Below, piece after piece: positions 20,700-31,447 of a stretch of 64,000 nt of DNA. The notes beneath the pieces are model-generated. The model was not told the DNA's origin, ran no database searches, and saw only the letters and a program-made list of their open reading frames with translations. A program made the translations under genes and the position numbers. Each line of letters begins with the position of its first letter. Positions within the stretch are counted from its first letter, which is position 1. Source of the stretch: Promethearchaeota archaeon (GTDB taxonomy: Archaea > Asgardarchaeota > Lokiarchaeia > Sigyniarchaeales > SOKP01); assembly GCA_048938445.1 (NCBI GenBank), contig JBHLME010000003.1, forward strand, positions 1 through 64,000, read 5' to 3'.

Positions 20700-20837
20700 T
20701 TCTTAATTTTAAGTTTAATTTTAAATATTTATGCCTTTTTATTGCGTTTTCCTAATTCTCACTAACTATAAATATAGGTTTTATTGTGACATTATTGATA
20801 TTGAAATAATTCTATTTTAAGTAGAAAGTGAGGATAT

Positions 20838-21836
20838 ATGCCAATTGAATTAAGAAATCCACCAGCAGCAATTCTTGCATCTGGTTCGAAAGAAGGAGTT
20901 GATTTAGGGGGACAGAAATGTTTTTTAAGCATTGATGGTAATCAAAATTTAATAAATGAAGCAAACTTCATAACTGAAATGAGTTGGGGTTCCTTTTATA
21001 ATGAAGAAGGTCTAGAAGATCAAATTGATTCTTTCACGACTGTTGAATATTATTCCTACAAGGATGATCCAGATGCATTAGCTAAGACTATTACAAATTG
21101 TTTGAACCACATAATTGAAAATCAACGATTATTTTATGGAATTGCTGATTTTGAAGTCGATGCTTTTATGAATGAAAATACTGTAATACCAGGATTAAAA
21201 TTGGATTATAAAATAATCAATGAATTACTTATAGCTCATAGAAAAATTAGGGAAGAAAATCTTTTTCCTCAAATAATCTCTGATGCAAAAGGAAAAAATG
21301 CTATAAGAATTGAATTCCAAGGAGCGCACCAAAATAAGGTTCATTTAATTGCGTCAAAATTGGAAAATTTAGCGGACATGTTAAGAACGATGAAAGGATT
21401 TGTAACAGGTATCGTGTGTACATCAAAAGGGGCCGCTAATCTTTATATCATGACAGATAATATTGTTTTTAAAGATAATGAATTTCCAGAAATGTATATA
21501 GACCAAGAAAATATCGATATTATAATGCTTGCAATACAAAGAGAGATTTTGTTTCCTATAAGCTGGTTTAGAATTGATGTTGGTTTAAAATCTTTAGAAA
21601 CTCTGGAATTATGGAATCAAATAAAAAATAATCCCCTATTAAAGAATGCTTTAGAAAATTATGAACGATATATTACAGCTCTTATTTATAAAAAGTTTAA
21701 AAATATTGCATCTACTGAACATATTGGTATAGATTTACAAGATGATTTCGAGAATTTGACTATTGAAGAGAGAAATAAAGCTCTTAGAGATATGGCTGAT
21801 GCGATTAGAAAATTAACGGAGTTGTATAAGGAATAG
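20838..21836 (+). CDS. hypothetical protein, paralogue of 23429..24313
   Basis: GAGG SD; shared blocks GSKEGVDLGG, TEMSWGSFY, EVDAFMN.NTVIPGLKLD, LFPISWFRID. Confidence 0.85.
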   Translation: MPIELRNPPAAILASGSKEGVDLGGQKCFLSIDGNQNLINEANFITEMSWGSFYNEEGLEDQIDSFTTVEYYSYKDDPDALAKTITNCLNHIIENQRLFYGIADFEVDAFMNENTVIPGLKLDYKIINELLIAHRKIREENLFPQIISDAKGKNAIRIEFQGAHQNKVHLIASKLENLADMLRTMKGFVTGIVCTSKGAANLYIMTDNIVFKDNEFPEMYIDQENIDIIMLAIQREILFPISWFRIDVGLKSLETLELWNQIKNNPLLKNALENYERYITALIYKKFKNIASTEHIGIDLQDDFENLTIEERNKALRDMADAIRKLTELYKE

Positions 21837-22001
21837 AATTATCTTTTATTTTTTACCCGTAAAAAAGCTCCTGATATTGAGGATTTCTACTCTTTTTCTA
21901 AACTTTTAAATATAATCTTAATAAAGAAAATAATATTGATTAAAAAACTAGATAATCAATCATCGAATTATACGTATAAAAAAAAAAAGGAATCCAATAT
22001 T

Positions 22002-23210
22002 ATGAAGATAGATGAATCAATGATACACGGGTCTGTGGAACCCGGGTTTGAAAAGGTTAAAGAAGCTTTCATTGAAAATTTTAAAAAGGGAGAAGAAGTA
22101 GGTGCTGCGTGTGCTATTTATCATGAAGGCAAAAAAGTCGTAGATCTTTGGGGAGGTTATAGAGATAAAAAATCAAAAGATCCATGGAAAGAAGATACTT
22201 TAATACTTGTTTTTTCTACAACTAAGGGAGTATCTGCAATGGCAATGGCCTTAGCACATTCTAAAGGATATTTCAATTATGATGAGAAAGTATCGAAATA
22301 TTGGCCAGAATTTGCACAAAATGGAAAAGAAAATGTCACAATTCGGCAATTACTTTCACATCAAGCGGGTTTATGCGCTATAGATGAACCAATGGATTTA
22401 GAAACATTAGGAAATACTGAAAAATTATCAAAAATACTAGCAGCTCAAGCGCCATTATGGGAACCTGGAAAAAAGCATGGTTATCATGCATTAACTCTTG
22501 GATGGTATGAAAGTGAATTAATTCGACATATTGATCCTCAAAAAAGAACTATCGGTCAGTTTTTCAGTGATGAAATTGCTAAACCTTTAGGTATAGAGTT
22601 TTACATAGGTCTACCAGATGATGTACCAGATTCTAGGATTGCTAATATGTATGCTCCAATGTATAAACTTAGAATGATTTTTAATACTGATAAAATGCCA
22701 AAGACATTTACTAAAGCATATATGAAAAAAGGCACAGCGACTAAAAGGGCATTCTCTAATCCTAAAGTTCTTGGTATAATCAATATGTATAACACGCGTG
22801 AAATGAGAAGAATTGAATTACCTGCGGCAAATGGAATCGGACAAGTTAGAGATATAGCTAAACTTTATGGAATATTTGCAACTGGTGGTAAAGAATTAGG
22901 AATTAAGCCTGAAACTTTAGAAGCATTAATGAATCCTGCAAAAGCTCCAGAATTAGGTACCATTGATGAAGTATTACAAGTTGAATCACAATTTTCACTG
23001 GGATTTTTAAAACCTTTTCCTGAAAATGAATTTGGAACGAGCATAAAAGCATTTGGTACACCAGGTGCAGGTGGATCTTTTGGTTTTGCAGATCCAGATA
23101 CTCAAACAGGATTTGCTTATGCAATGAACAAGTCTGGCTTCTATTTGCTAATAGATGCTCGTCAAAAAGCCCTAGCTGATGCATATTATGATTGTTTGAA
23201 TAATCTATAA
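22002..23210 (+). CDS. serine hydrolase, beta-lactamase class C / family VIII esterase
   Basis: VVDLWGG, FSTTK (SxxK), LLSHQAGL, GYHA, FG.PGAGGS; ATG 22002 after AGGA. Confidence 0.92.
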   Translation: MKIDESMIHGSVEPGFEKVKEAFIENFKKGEEVGAACAIYHEGKKVVDLWGGYRDKKSKDPWKEDTLILVFSTTKGVSAMAMALAHSKGYFNYDEKVSKYWPEFAQNGKENVTIRQLLSHQAGLCAIDEPMDLETLGNTEKLSKILAAQAPLWEPGKKHGYHALTLGWYESELIRHIDPQKRTIGQFFSDEIAKPLGIEFYIGLPDDVPDSRIANMYAPMYKLRMIFNTDKMPKTFTKAYMKKGTATKRAFSNPKVLGIINMYNTREMRRIELPAANGIGQVRDIAKLYGIFATGGKELGIKPETLEALMNPAKAPELGTIDEVLQVESQFSLGFLKPFPENEFGTSIKAFGTPGAGGSFGFADPDTQTGFAYAMNKSGFYLLIDARQKALADAYYDCLNNL

Positions 23211-23428
23211 GGATTAAATCAATTTAACATAAAAATTCTATTATTCTTATTTTATTTTAACAAATTCTAATACAAAAGTATCTGAAAGATGTGTAGTAAA
23301 AGACAAATTCTTTTTTATTAATTTTATATTGGTTGTTCTATTAAATTTAAATGATTATCACTAATTTTTTATATAGTATTAAATTTGTTTTCATTGGATT
23401 GTCAAAATTAAAATTTACATAACATATT

Positions 23429-24313
23429 ATGGGATCTTTTCTATATTCGGAGTTATTTAACCCTCCAGTCGCAATACTTGCCACGGGATCAAAAGAAGGT
23501 GTGGATTTAGGAGGTAGTAAGTGCCTTCTTTCAATAAATAAAAATCATGATCTATTCAATGAAGGGAATATTGTTACCGAGATGAGCTGGGGATCATTTT
23601 ATGATATTGAGGGTTTAGAAGATCAAATTGATACGTTTACAACCAAAGAATTTAATTCATTAAGGGATGATCCAAAAGCATTAGTAAAAACCATTATAGA
23701 ATGCTTAGAAAAAATAATGAGTGAGAAAAAGATCTTTTATGGAATTGCTGACCTCGAGGTTGATGCATTCATGAATCAAAATACTGTCATCCCGGGACTC
23801 AAATTAGATCCCGAGCTCATTAACAAGTTAATGGATACTCATAAAAAACAAAGGGATGAGAATCTATTTCCTACTCTTATAAAAGGAAAAGAAGGTCAAA
23901 CCAGCATAAAGATTACTTTTCAAGGAGAAAATAAGAAAAATTTACATTATTATGGTCTCGAATTCAATGAACTTGCTAAAAAATTATTAGTTGGTAAAGG
24001 ATTTGCCACAGGAATTGTTGCAACGTCAGATAAGGCTGCCAATTTCTTTATGATGAATGATAGCATTACTTTCGATCAGAGAGAACCTCGGGAGTTTTAT
24101 ATTGATCAAGATTGTATAACTGTAATTGAAGCAGGCATTCAAAGAAAGGTGTTATTTCCTATTAGTTGGTTCAGAATTGATATAGGAATCCTATCTTTAA
24201 GAACTTTGGAATTATGGGATGAAATCCAGAAAAAAAAAGCGCTTCAAAAAATATTAAATAAGTATACTAAATATTCTTTAAGTATTATCAAAGAAAATCA
24301 GAAGAAAAAATAA
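23429..24313 (+). CDS. hypothetical protein, paralogue of 20838..21836 (shorter C-terminus)
   Basis: Collinear similarity to 20838..21836. Confidence 0.85.
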   Translation: MGSFLYSELFNPPVAILATGSKEGVDLGGSKCLLSINKNHDLFNEGNIVTEMSWGSFYDIEGLEDQIDTFTTKEFNSLRDDPKALVKTIIECLEKIMSEKKIFYGIADLEVDAFMNQNTVIPGLKLDPELINKLMDTHKKQRDENLFPTLIKGKEGQTSIKITFQGENKKNLHYYGLEFNELAKKLLVGKGFATGIVATSDKAANFFMMNDSITFDQREPREFYIDQDCITVIEAGIQRKVLFPISWFRIDIGILSLRTLELWDEIQKKKALQKILNKYTKYSLSIIKENQKKK

Positions 24314-24331
24314 TTTTTTGAGGAAATAGCA

Positions 24332-24634
24332 TTATTCTTTAAGTATTTTAGGTGCTTTAAAATACCCGTCCTTTTTATAACTACTATTTTTCAACGCATC
24401 ATTGTTTGAAAGGGATTCCCAAGGAATATCTTTTCTAACTACATTTTTTATTTCTAAAGCGTGAGTAGTAGGCTCAACTTCAGAAGTATCTAAATCATCT
24501 AATTTTTTAAAATATTTTAAAATATCACTTAATTGAGTTGTTAGTTTTTCTTTTTCATCCTCGGACAGGTCTAATAATGCTAATTTCAAGACATTATCTA
24601 TAGTTTCCTCAGAAAATTCCTTATCATTACTCAT
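24332..24634 (-). CDS. gatC: Asp-tRNA(Asn)/Glu-tRNA(Gln) amidotransferase subunit C
   Basis: LA.LDLSE.E, L.DIL.Y, LDTSEVEPTTH, R.D, GYFKAPKI. Confidence 0.93.
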   Translation of the reverse strand: MSNDKEFSEETIDNVLKLALLDLSEDEKEKLTTQLSDILKYFKKLDDLDTSEVEPTTHALEIKNVVRKDIPWESLSNNDALKNSSYKKDGYFKAPKILKE

Positions 24635-24774
24635 TCTTAATCAGGATTATAAAATATATTTCTCAAATTAATATTTTCTATAAATTATAATGCGATTAAA
24701 TAATTATTTATTTGTATATAGATCTCATGATAATTCTATAAAAAAATTACATTAACGTAAAGTGAGTAGAAAAA

Positions 24775-25143
24775 ATGACTGATGATGAAGATTTATGGCT
24801 AGAAATACCCAGTTTTGCAATGATTTCCTTAGCAAGACGAGGTCAAGAAAAGATTTCCCTTGATCAATGTTTTCTTCCGGGATGTGATAATGAAGATCAA
24901 AAGCTTTTAGAACCTATCAAAAAAGAAGAATTTGAAGATGAAAAGAAACACGTGAAAAATATTTATGTTAAATGTAAGAAATGTGGTGGAACTTTTCAAT
25001 TCAAGTTTGAAACAATTAAGTATGTCGCAAAACCTAAAAACAAGAACTCAGAGAAATTAGATGATGAAGAAATTCTCTCGATGGGCATTGTTTATGCTTT
25101 AGATGAAAATGGAAAAAATCTTGGACATATTGGTTATTTTTAA
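24775..25143 (+). CDS. hypothetical zinc-binding protein
   Basis: C-x4-C and CKKC motifs; SD-like GTGAG. Confidence 0.75.
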   Translation: MTDDEDLWLEIPSFAMISLARRGQEKISLDQCFLPGCDNEDQKLLEPIKKEEFEDEKKHVKNIYVKCKKCGGTFQFKFETIKYVAKPKNKNSEKLDDEEILSMGIVYALDENGKNLGHIGYF

Positions 25144-25204
25144 TAATAAATTATAATTTTTTCTTGGTTCAAAAAGGATGAATTCTATAAACAAATAGAA
25201 TATT

Positions 25205-25456
25205 CTATAATACCTTGATATCACCTGATTGAACAATGTCTGTCTTAATCCCTTCAATTAATTTAGGAATAATATCTTTCTTATTCAATCGCTCTTCTGT
25301 TTTTTTTTCCTTTACATAACATACAATACATAATTCTTCAGTTTTTTTTCCATCGATATACTTATAACCTACACTAACACCCATTACACCAGATTTCTTT
25401 AAAAGCTCTTTCTCATGTTTTTTTTTAATTTTAGTGATTTTTTCTATTGGAATCAT
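25205..25456 (-). CDS. stand-alone copy of the Nal1-like protease N-terminal domain
   Basis: Aligns end to end with residues 1-78 of 25466..26476; GAGG upstream. Confidence 0.85.
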   Translation of the reverse strand: MIPIEKITKIKKKHEKELLKKSGVMGVSVGYKYIDGKKTEELCIVCYVKEKKTEERLNKKDIIPKLIEGIKTDIVQSGDIKVL

Positions 25457-25465
25457 TAAATTGCC

Positions 25466-26476
25466 TCAGTCAGTAATCAAATCTGCTTCTAAAAGGTTTA
25501 GATAGTCATGAATTTGGTTAGCAATTGTCGTTCCTTCACCACCTGCGAAAAGTTTTCCTATCGCATTACCCTCTATATCAAGGACTAGACTACCCGAATC
25601 ACCGGGTGCACTGAAACCTTCCTTACTTATGACAATTTGATTTGTAAAGTATGCAAATCTCCAATTTCCATAGCTAATAGGACCTATTGTAGCATCAATC
25701 CCCGTAATTAAACCTCCAGTAACATGGCAAGATGTTCTTCCAGATTTCTGCACCAGCATGTCAAGCTCAGCTTGCTTGACTCCTTTTGGAATACCTATTC
25801 CTTCAATCCTAGAGATAACATCTTCATTATTCACTTCGATTAAGGCAGCATCTACAAGATTATATTCTGGATACTCTATAATTGCTCTTAATCTGGTTTT
25901 CCTGCCAAATAAACGAGCAAACACGTTATAGATCCCACCCCAAAATCTAGCTGCTATGCATCGACTAGTGTCTCCTAAAAACTTAATAGGTATAAATCTT
26001 AGAAGCGTTCCTATCATGTCATTTGGGTATACACCACCATCATGGGATCCTGGCTGAAGATAAGGGTCACCAATTAGAGCATTATTTGAGTTGGCTCCAA
26101 CATGATTATTAGTTCCAATGCATAATTTTCCCTCTTTCTTGTCTCTAAGTAATTCCCCGTTCGTGCCTGCACTTATCAAGTAATGTCCTCCAGAAGTACC
26201 CATCGGACAAGGTCTATGTCGAGCGGTTTTATCTAATTGGTAAGCTCTTATAGTACCTACTTGAATTACATCAGTTCTAAAACCTTCTATAATAGATGGA
26301 ATTATGTATTTCTTCTTTAATTCCTCCCTTCGAATTTTTTCTTCTACCAAGCAAATAATAGACAACTCATCGAGTTTTTCATTGTCCTGGATTTTATATC
26401 CCGTCATCACTCCAACAACATTAGGTTTCTTAAATAATTCTTTTTCATGAACTTTTTTTATTTCCTGTATACTCAT
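25466..26476 (-). CDS. Nal1-like trypsin-fold serine protease
   Basis: TNNHV (His), QPG..DGG, VDAAL (Asp), V.KSGRT, GDSGS (Ser); GGAGG SD. Confidence 0.88.
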   Translation of the reverse strand: MSIQEIKKVHEKELFKKPNVVGVMTGYKIQDNEKLDELSIICLVEEKIRREELKKKYIIPSIIEGFRTDVIQVGTIRAYQLDKTARHRPCPMGTSGGHYLISAGTNGELLRDKKEGKLCIGTNNHVGANSNNALIGDPYLQPGSHDGGVYPNDMIGTLLRFIPIKFLGDTSRCIAARFWGGIYNVFARLFGRKTRLRAIIEYPEYNLVDAALIEVNNEDVISRIEGIGIPKGVKQAELDMLVQKSGRTSCHVTGGLITGIDATIGPISYGNWRFAYFTNQIVISKEGFSAPGDSGSLVLDIEGNAIGKLFAGGEGTTIANQIHDYLNLLEADLITD

Positions 26477-26568
26477 ATTTTTTCTACCCTCCTTTTAATA
26501 TATTATAATTTATCATTATAAATTCAAAATATTTGAATATAATAAATACGATTTAAAAAAAAGTTGAT

Positions 26569-27660
26569 TTAAATTTGTGGTGCTATAAGTTCAGGCATGT
26601 TTTTCACATCAATTTTTCCTTTATGGAAGATTCCCGCATAAGAAGGTTTAACATGCTGCCATGCGCCAACATTTATTATTTCTACTAGTCGGTCATTTAT
26701 AATGGCATCTCTTATATCCATGTCATGCGAATGACCATATACTATATAGTTTACCATTGAAAAATCGTGATCTTCATCCTCTAGGAAGTCTTTTATACCG
26801 TCTAAATAATACTCAGGAGTTCTGGAGGATTGCCATAGATTTAAGATTCTCATTTGTAATTTCAATAATTCAAAATCAATAAATTTTAATTTTGAAAATT
26901 GAGAATTAATAACATCGGTAGAAATCATTTTCCTGTTAATTAAATAATCTTTCATTATCCTTATCGTAATAGGACCAATTTCTTTTTTGCTTTTAATTAT
27001 CTCATTCCAAAAATAATCGTAAATTTGTTTGAGAATTATATTGTCTGAGTTGATTAATGATTTCCAATATGGACCTATAAAAAATCGGACTAAATTATTC
27101 TCAAATTGATAACCATGCATCATCAGACATATATAACTACTATCTAAATCTAGACCATTGATTTTAATTTTTGAAATGGGTTCATTAAAAATCTGATCTC
27201 GGGAATCATATAACAGGAGCATATCCTTATTTTTCCACTTTTTTAAAACTATATATTGACAAAATGATGTTTCATCAAATAACTTGTTAAATTTACCATC
27301 TTTAAACTTATTTAGAAATTTGTCTTTTCTACCTTTAAACTTCTGGTCATAGGTACCTGTTATAATATTACCGGTAATAGGAACCTCATGATTTCCCAGT
27401 GCAATTATTACCGCTAATTTTCTTTTGATTTCAATTAACAGTCTAAAAATTCTCTGGATTGTGCCATCTTCCAGAAGAGTTTCTGGAATATCTGTAATCA
27501 AATCGAAAAAATCTCCTAAAATTAACAGAGCTTTTAATTGATTTCCAAATTCTCCATTATTGATATCTTCAAGAAAATTTACAAATGAAACTAAATCACT
27601 TTTTATAGCACCTAAATGAACATCTGAAACAACCAAGACTAAAGGATCGTTTTCGTACAA
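26569..27660 (-). CDS. calcineurin-like metallophosphoesterase (LpxH-like)
   Basis: SDVHLG, GDFFD, GNHE, HG, GHSH, N.GAW. Confidence 0.9.
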   Translation of the reverse strand: MYENDPLVLVVSDVHLGAIKSDLVSFVNFLEDINNGEFGNQLKALLILGDFFDLITDIPETLLEDGTIQRIFRLLIEIKRKLAVIIALGNHEVPITGNIITGTYDQKFKGRKDKFLNKFKDGKFNKLFDETSFCQYIVLKKWKNKDMLLLYDSRDQIFNEPISKIKINGLDLDSSYICLMMHGYQFENNLVRFFIGPYWKSLINSDNIILKQIYDYFWNEIIKSKKEIGPITIRIMKDYLINRKMISTDVINSQFSKLKFIDFELLKLQMRILNLWQSSRTPEYYLDGIKDFLEDEDHDFSMVNYIVYGHSHDMDIRDAIINDRLVEIINVGAWQHVKPSYAGIFHKGKIDVKNMPELIAPQI

Positions 27661-28068
27661 TTTAATACCCTCGTTAAAGTAAATATTTTACATGTGAATA
27701 TAGTATTGTTAATATTTAAATTTTACACTTTTGTCAAAATATTGAATAAGGATTCAACAATACAATTTCAAGGATTTAATATAAACCATTTAACACTTCA
27801 ACCTATTTCATATTTATACCATGGAATTAATTTGGTGAAGCATTTGTTAAGAAATTTGCATTTTTTTAATAAAACTTTAAAAAAAATCATTTGCGTTAGT
27901 AAATTCTATTATTAAATCTTATCAATCAATTTTTTATTTATAATAACTTCTATAATCACTTAAAAATTCTAATTACACATTTCTCATTTCTTGCATAATT
28001 TTAATTAAAACATATATTATTCTAATCATTGAAAATTTTATTAACACATCAAGAAGGTAATTGACCAT

Positions 28069-28758
28069 TTGTACGACTATTTTTTATTTGACTTAGATAA
28101 TTGTTTATTACACATACCTAATCCTAGCGATTACTTTGATAATATTTTATTAAAAACTTTAAAGAAATTATCAATTAAAAGTACACTACCTAATAGAAAG
28201 GAACGAAATTCATTTTGGCTTTCTGGAGAGAACTACTTGAATTTATTAAAGAAATGGGGAATAACTGATAGTCAATATTTTTGGAAATATTTTGATGAAA
28301 TTGATTTTCAATATAGAAAGCAACTCTTTGATAATGGGGAGATATACATCTATAATGATGTTATGAAAACACTTAAAGAATTAAGAAATATGAATAAAAA
28401 AATAGGTTTAGTATCAAATACAGCAGATTATATAGTTGATTATTTCTTAGAAAAGCTAAATATCTCTCTTTTTTTTGATGAAACTTTAGGTTTAGGATTC
28501 GATAAAGACCAATCAATTGCTAAACCATCCCCAAAAGGAATTATATTTGTATTAAATAGTTTAAATTTCAATCCTAAAAATTCGAAAGCAATCATGATAG
28601 GTGATTCACGCGTGGATATTTTCGCAGCAAAACGAGCAAATATTACTGCTTGCTTGCTTAAAAGAGATGAATATAAATACCCAAATAGAAATGACTGGGA
28701 ATCATTTCCTGATTATGAAATAGACTCCTTAAATGAGCTTTTTCGGATTCTGGATTGA
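28069..28758 (+). CDS. HAD-superfamily phosphatase
   Basis: FDLDNCL, VSN, KPSP, IGDS..D. Confidence 0.9.
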   Translation: MYDYFLFDLDNCLLHIPNPSDYFDNILLKTLKKLSIKSTLPNRKERNSFWLSGENYLNLLKKWGITDSQYFWKYFDEIDFQYRKQLFDNGEIYIYNDVMKTLKELRNMNKKIGLVSNTADYIVDYFLEKLNISLFFDETLGLGFDKDQSIAKPSPKGIIFVLNSLNFNPKNSKAIMIGDSRVDIFAAKRANITACLLKRDEYKYPNRNDWESFPDYEIDSLNELFRILD

Positions 28759-28877
28759 AAGGTTTTTATTTAAAGTTCTAATTTTTGTTGATATAACTGG
28801 TATTTGACTTTAATTAAACAAAAACTTTATTAATCTTAGACATTTTTGTAAAGAATAATGATAATAATCAACAAAAA

Positions 28878-29486
28878 ATGAAAAAACGATCTAAGATGTT
28901 AGATAAATTACATGATAAAATGGAATGCTTTTTTGGATTTTTTGGAGTCATTATCGCGGGTATATTTGTCATAACCGCTGCATTTCTCACTCCTGGGTAT
29001 AATCCAATATTTAATAATGTGAGTGATTTATTAGGAGGGACTGCAAAATCATTATTCAGCATTGGATTTGTTATTGGCGGTTCTTTAGGAATCCCTTTTT
29101 ATATATATCTTGAAAGAAAATTAACTGGAATAAATGAAATTATAAGGAGAATTGCTACTGGTGTCTCAATTTTTACGTGTGTATGCATTGCTTTGGTTGC
29201 AATAGGTCCAGAGGGCGCTTATCCGGATCTTTATATGGTTTTTCATGGATTCGTAGCATTTATTTCCTTTGTAGGATCGGTTACTTATATTGGATTTTTC
29301 AGTATTTTAATGATAAGGGATGAAAATACTTATTTTCCAAAATACTATGCTTATTTTGGATTTATAATCGTTATTGTCTTAGGAATTTATTACTTAACTT
29401 TATCATTACCCTTGATTCAATGGACATTAACCATTTTAATACTTGCATGGATTTTGTTGATAAGCACGCATTTAATTTTGCATTAA
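28878..29486 (+). CDS. membrane protein (DUF998/Frag1-like)
   Basis: PGYNP..N.VSDL, 5 TM segments, conserved His (FHG..A). Confidence 0.7.
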   Translation: MKKRSKMLDKLHDKMECFFGFFGVIIAGIFVITAAFLTPGYNPIFNNVSDLLGGTAKSLFSIGFVIGGSLGIPFYIYLERKLTGINEIIRRIATGVSIFTCVCIALVAIGPEGAYPDLYMVFHGFVAFISFVGSVTYIGFFSILMIRDENTYFPKYYAYFGFIIVIVLGIYYLTLSLPLIQWTLTILILAWILLISTHLILH

Positions 29487-29728
29487 CATTTTAAGAAAAA
29501 TAATCAAATGATCTTGAATCTAATGATATCCTGAATGTATGATATTATAATCCAGTATGTTGCCAATAAATTATGCAATAATCTAATATTACACGTGCCT
29601 TTTTTATAATTTTCTTTAATTTCGTCGATTATTCGCATTTTTTCATTAAATTCTTTTATTTAAATAAAATTAAATAATCTCACTGATTTTTATCCAATAC
29701 CAGATATAATAATTGAAAAAAATATATA

Positions 29729-31447
29729 ATGAAAAACGAAGAAGAGTCTTTAAGGTTAAAAGTATGGCGGATAGTGAATTTAGTCCAATCAAATCAATTA
29801 TATGTCCATTCCAAATTCTTGGAGATTAATTTTTTAAATGAAAAAGGAAAACTAACAAAAAAAATTCTCCCTGAAATATTGACTTTATGCGTTTTAAATG
29901 CAATTGTTCCAAACTCCGCAATGATTTTAATTGGAGGTCATGGCGGTGGTAAAAGCACCATTTGTAAGTTTCTAGGGCGAATGTTTACAGGGAGCTCAAT
30001 GAATGAGGTTGAGCAAGCAATAATCCGGGGACATCCACAACTAACAGAAGAAAAATTAGTTGGGACTCTAAAACTCGGGAAGTTAATGAAAGAGGGAAAG
30101 GAAGAGGTTGTATGGAGAAAATTTATCACCTCTTTTTGGAAAATTATTGATGAGGTTAATAGGTTAACTCCTCATGCACAAGATATCCTTCTTTCTCTTC
30201 TTGCAGAGGGTACAGTTAAGTATTATGATGAAGTTACCGCAATTAATAAATACTGTCTATTTGCTACTATTAATCCTCAAGATGTAGGAACCTTCGAATT
30301 GAGTTTTCCTTTTTTGGATAGATTCAGTATTTCTGTCCAGATCTCAATGCCTAAAAGCCATGACCTACAATTAATACTTTCAGGTAAAGATACCAAATAT
30401 TCAGGAATCGATGAACTCATTCAAGTTCCAAAGATTCTAAGTATTGAAGAATTAATGGAAATATGGTATTATGTAAATAGAATCGATTTTGCTAATGAAG
30501 TTAATAATTATATTCATGCCATCATTAGGGAGTTCAATCTTTGTATTAGAATTGATAAGGGAAATAGTGAAAATCTTAAACCAAGCACGGGATTATGTTC
30601 TGGATGTCATTTTAACACCGATCAGAATATTTGTAATAAAATAGACTCCATTTTAAGCGTGAGAGTCGCAAAAGATCTATTAAGATATTCCAAGGCATTA
30701 GCTTGGTTACTGGGTCTCAATCAAATAGATGTTAATATTGTGAATACGATAGCACCTTATATTTTCTCTCATAGGATTGCGTATGTTCCAAGAGAATTAG
30801 AAAAGGCTCCTTATTGGGGTAATAAATACGAATTCTCTGAAAAGATGTTAGAATTGATACAAAAAAGGTTTAAAAATAGAGAGCCTTGTTATCAAATTGT
30901 TGAAAGGTATAGAAATGGAAGTCCAAAAGAAATAGACTTAGCAGAGTTAAAAAAGTATGAAAAAAATGATTTAATCGTCAAAAACGACCTCATACCATTT
31001 GTAAAAAGGGTAAATAATAAAGAATATTTCGAACTTGCTCAAAAAATTAAAAATGCTGGAAAAACAGGAAAAATTGAAGAATTAGCGAAAATGAGGAATA
31101 ATTTAATGGAAGATTTTAAAATTCCTAACCGTTCAGATCTGATTAATTGGTGTAATCAAGAACTTTATAAACAAACGGTTACAGATTATGGAATTGAATT
31201 TCAGCACTGGAAAGAATTATGGGCGGATGTAATCACGGAATTTCCAGACTTAAATGAACCTTTCAAGGAGTTATTCAGCCAAAGACAGACTAAGCAGATA
31301 CGAACTGAAGATTTATTGATTGAAGTAAATGTTACTGGAACAAATGCTAATTCATTAGTTAACATCCAAATTTCAGGTGGATCTAATGCTTTAAAATTAA
31401 GGGAAATCCTTGATAGATCAGAATATATTCAAAAAGAATCAAAATGA
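29729..31447 (+). CDS. MoxR-like AAA+ ATPase
   Basis: Walker A GGHGGGKS, Walker B IIDEVNR, ATINP.D.GT, PFLDRF, SVR sensor 2. Confidence 0.9.
   Translation: MKNEEESLRLKVWRIVNLVQSNQLYVHSKFLEINFLNEKGKLTKKILPEILTLCVLNAIVPNSAMILIGGHGGGKSTICKFLGRMFTGSSMNEVEQAIIRGHPQLTEEKLVGTLKLGKLMKEGKEEVVWRKFITSFWKIIDEVNRLTPHAQDILLSLLAEGTVKYYDEVTAINKYCLFATINPQDVGTFELSFPFLDRFSISVQISMPKSHDLQLILSGKDTKYSGIDELIQVPKILSIEELMEIWYYVNRIDFANEVNNYIHAIIREFNLCIRIDKGNSENLKPSTGLCSGCHFNTDQNICNKIDSILSVRVAKDLLRYSKALAWLLGLNQIDVNIVNTIAPYIFSHRIAYVPRELEKAPYWGNKYEFSEKMLELIQKRFKNREPCYQIVERYRNGSPKEIDLAELKKYEKNDLIVKNDLIPFVKRVNNKEYFELAQKIKNAGKTGKIEELAKMRNNLMEDFKIPNRSDLINWCNQELYKQTVTDYGIEFQHWKELWADVITEFPDLNEPFKELFSQRQTKQIRTEDLLIEVNVTGTNANSLVNIQISGGSNALKLREILDRSEYIQKESK

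Noticed and set aside
21936-23210. Beta-lactam resistance gene
   Set aside because: No signal peptide; the motifs fit cytoplasmic family VIII esterases better
24775-25143. C-terminal GYF as a proteasome-docking HbYX motif
   Set aside because: A three-residue match alone is too weak without conservation data
27694-27915. 73-aa ORF in the gap between the metallophosphoesterase and HAD genes
   Set aside because: Low-complexity AT-rich divergent promoter region, GTG start without SD
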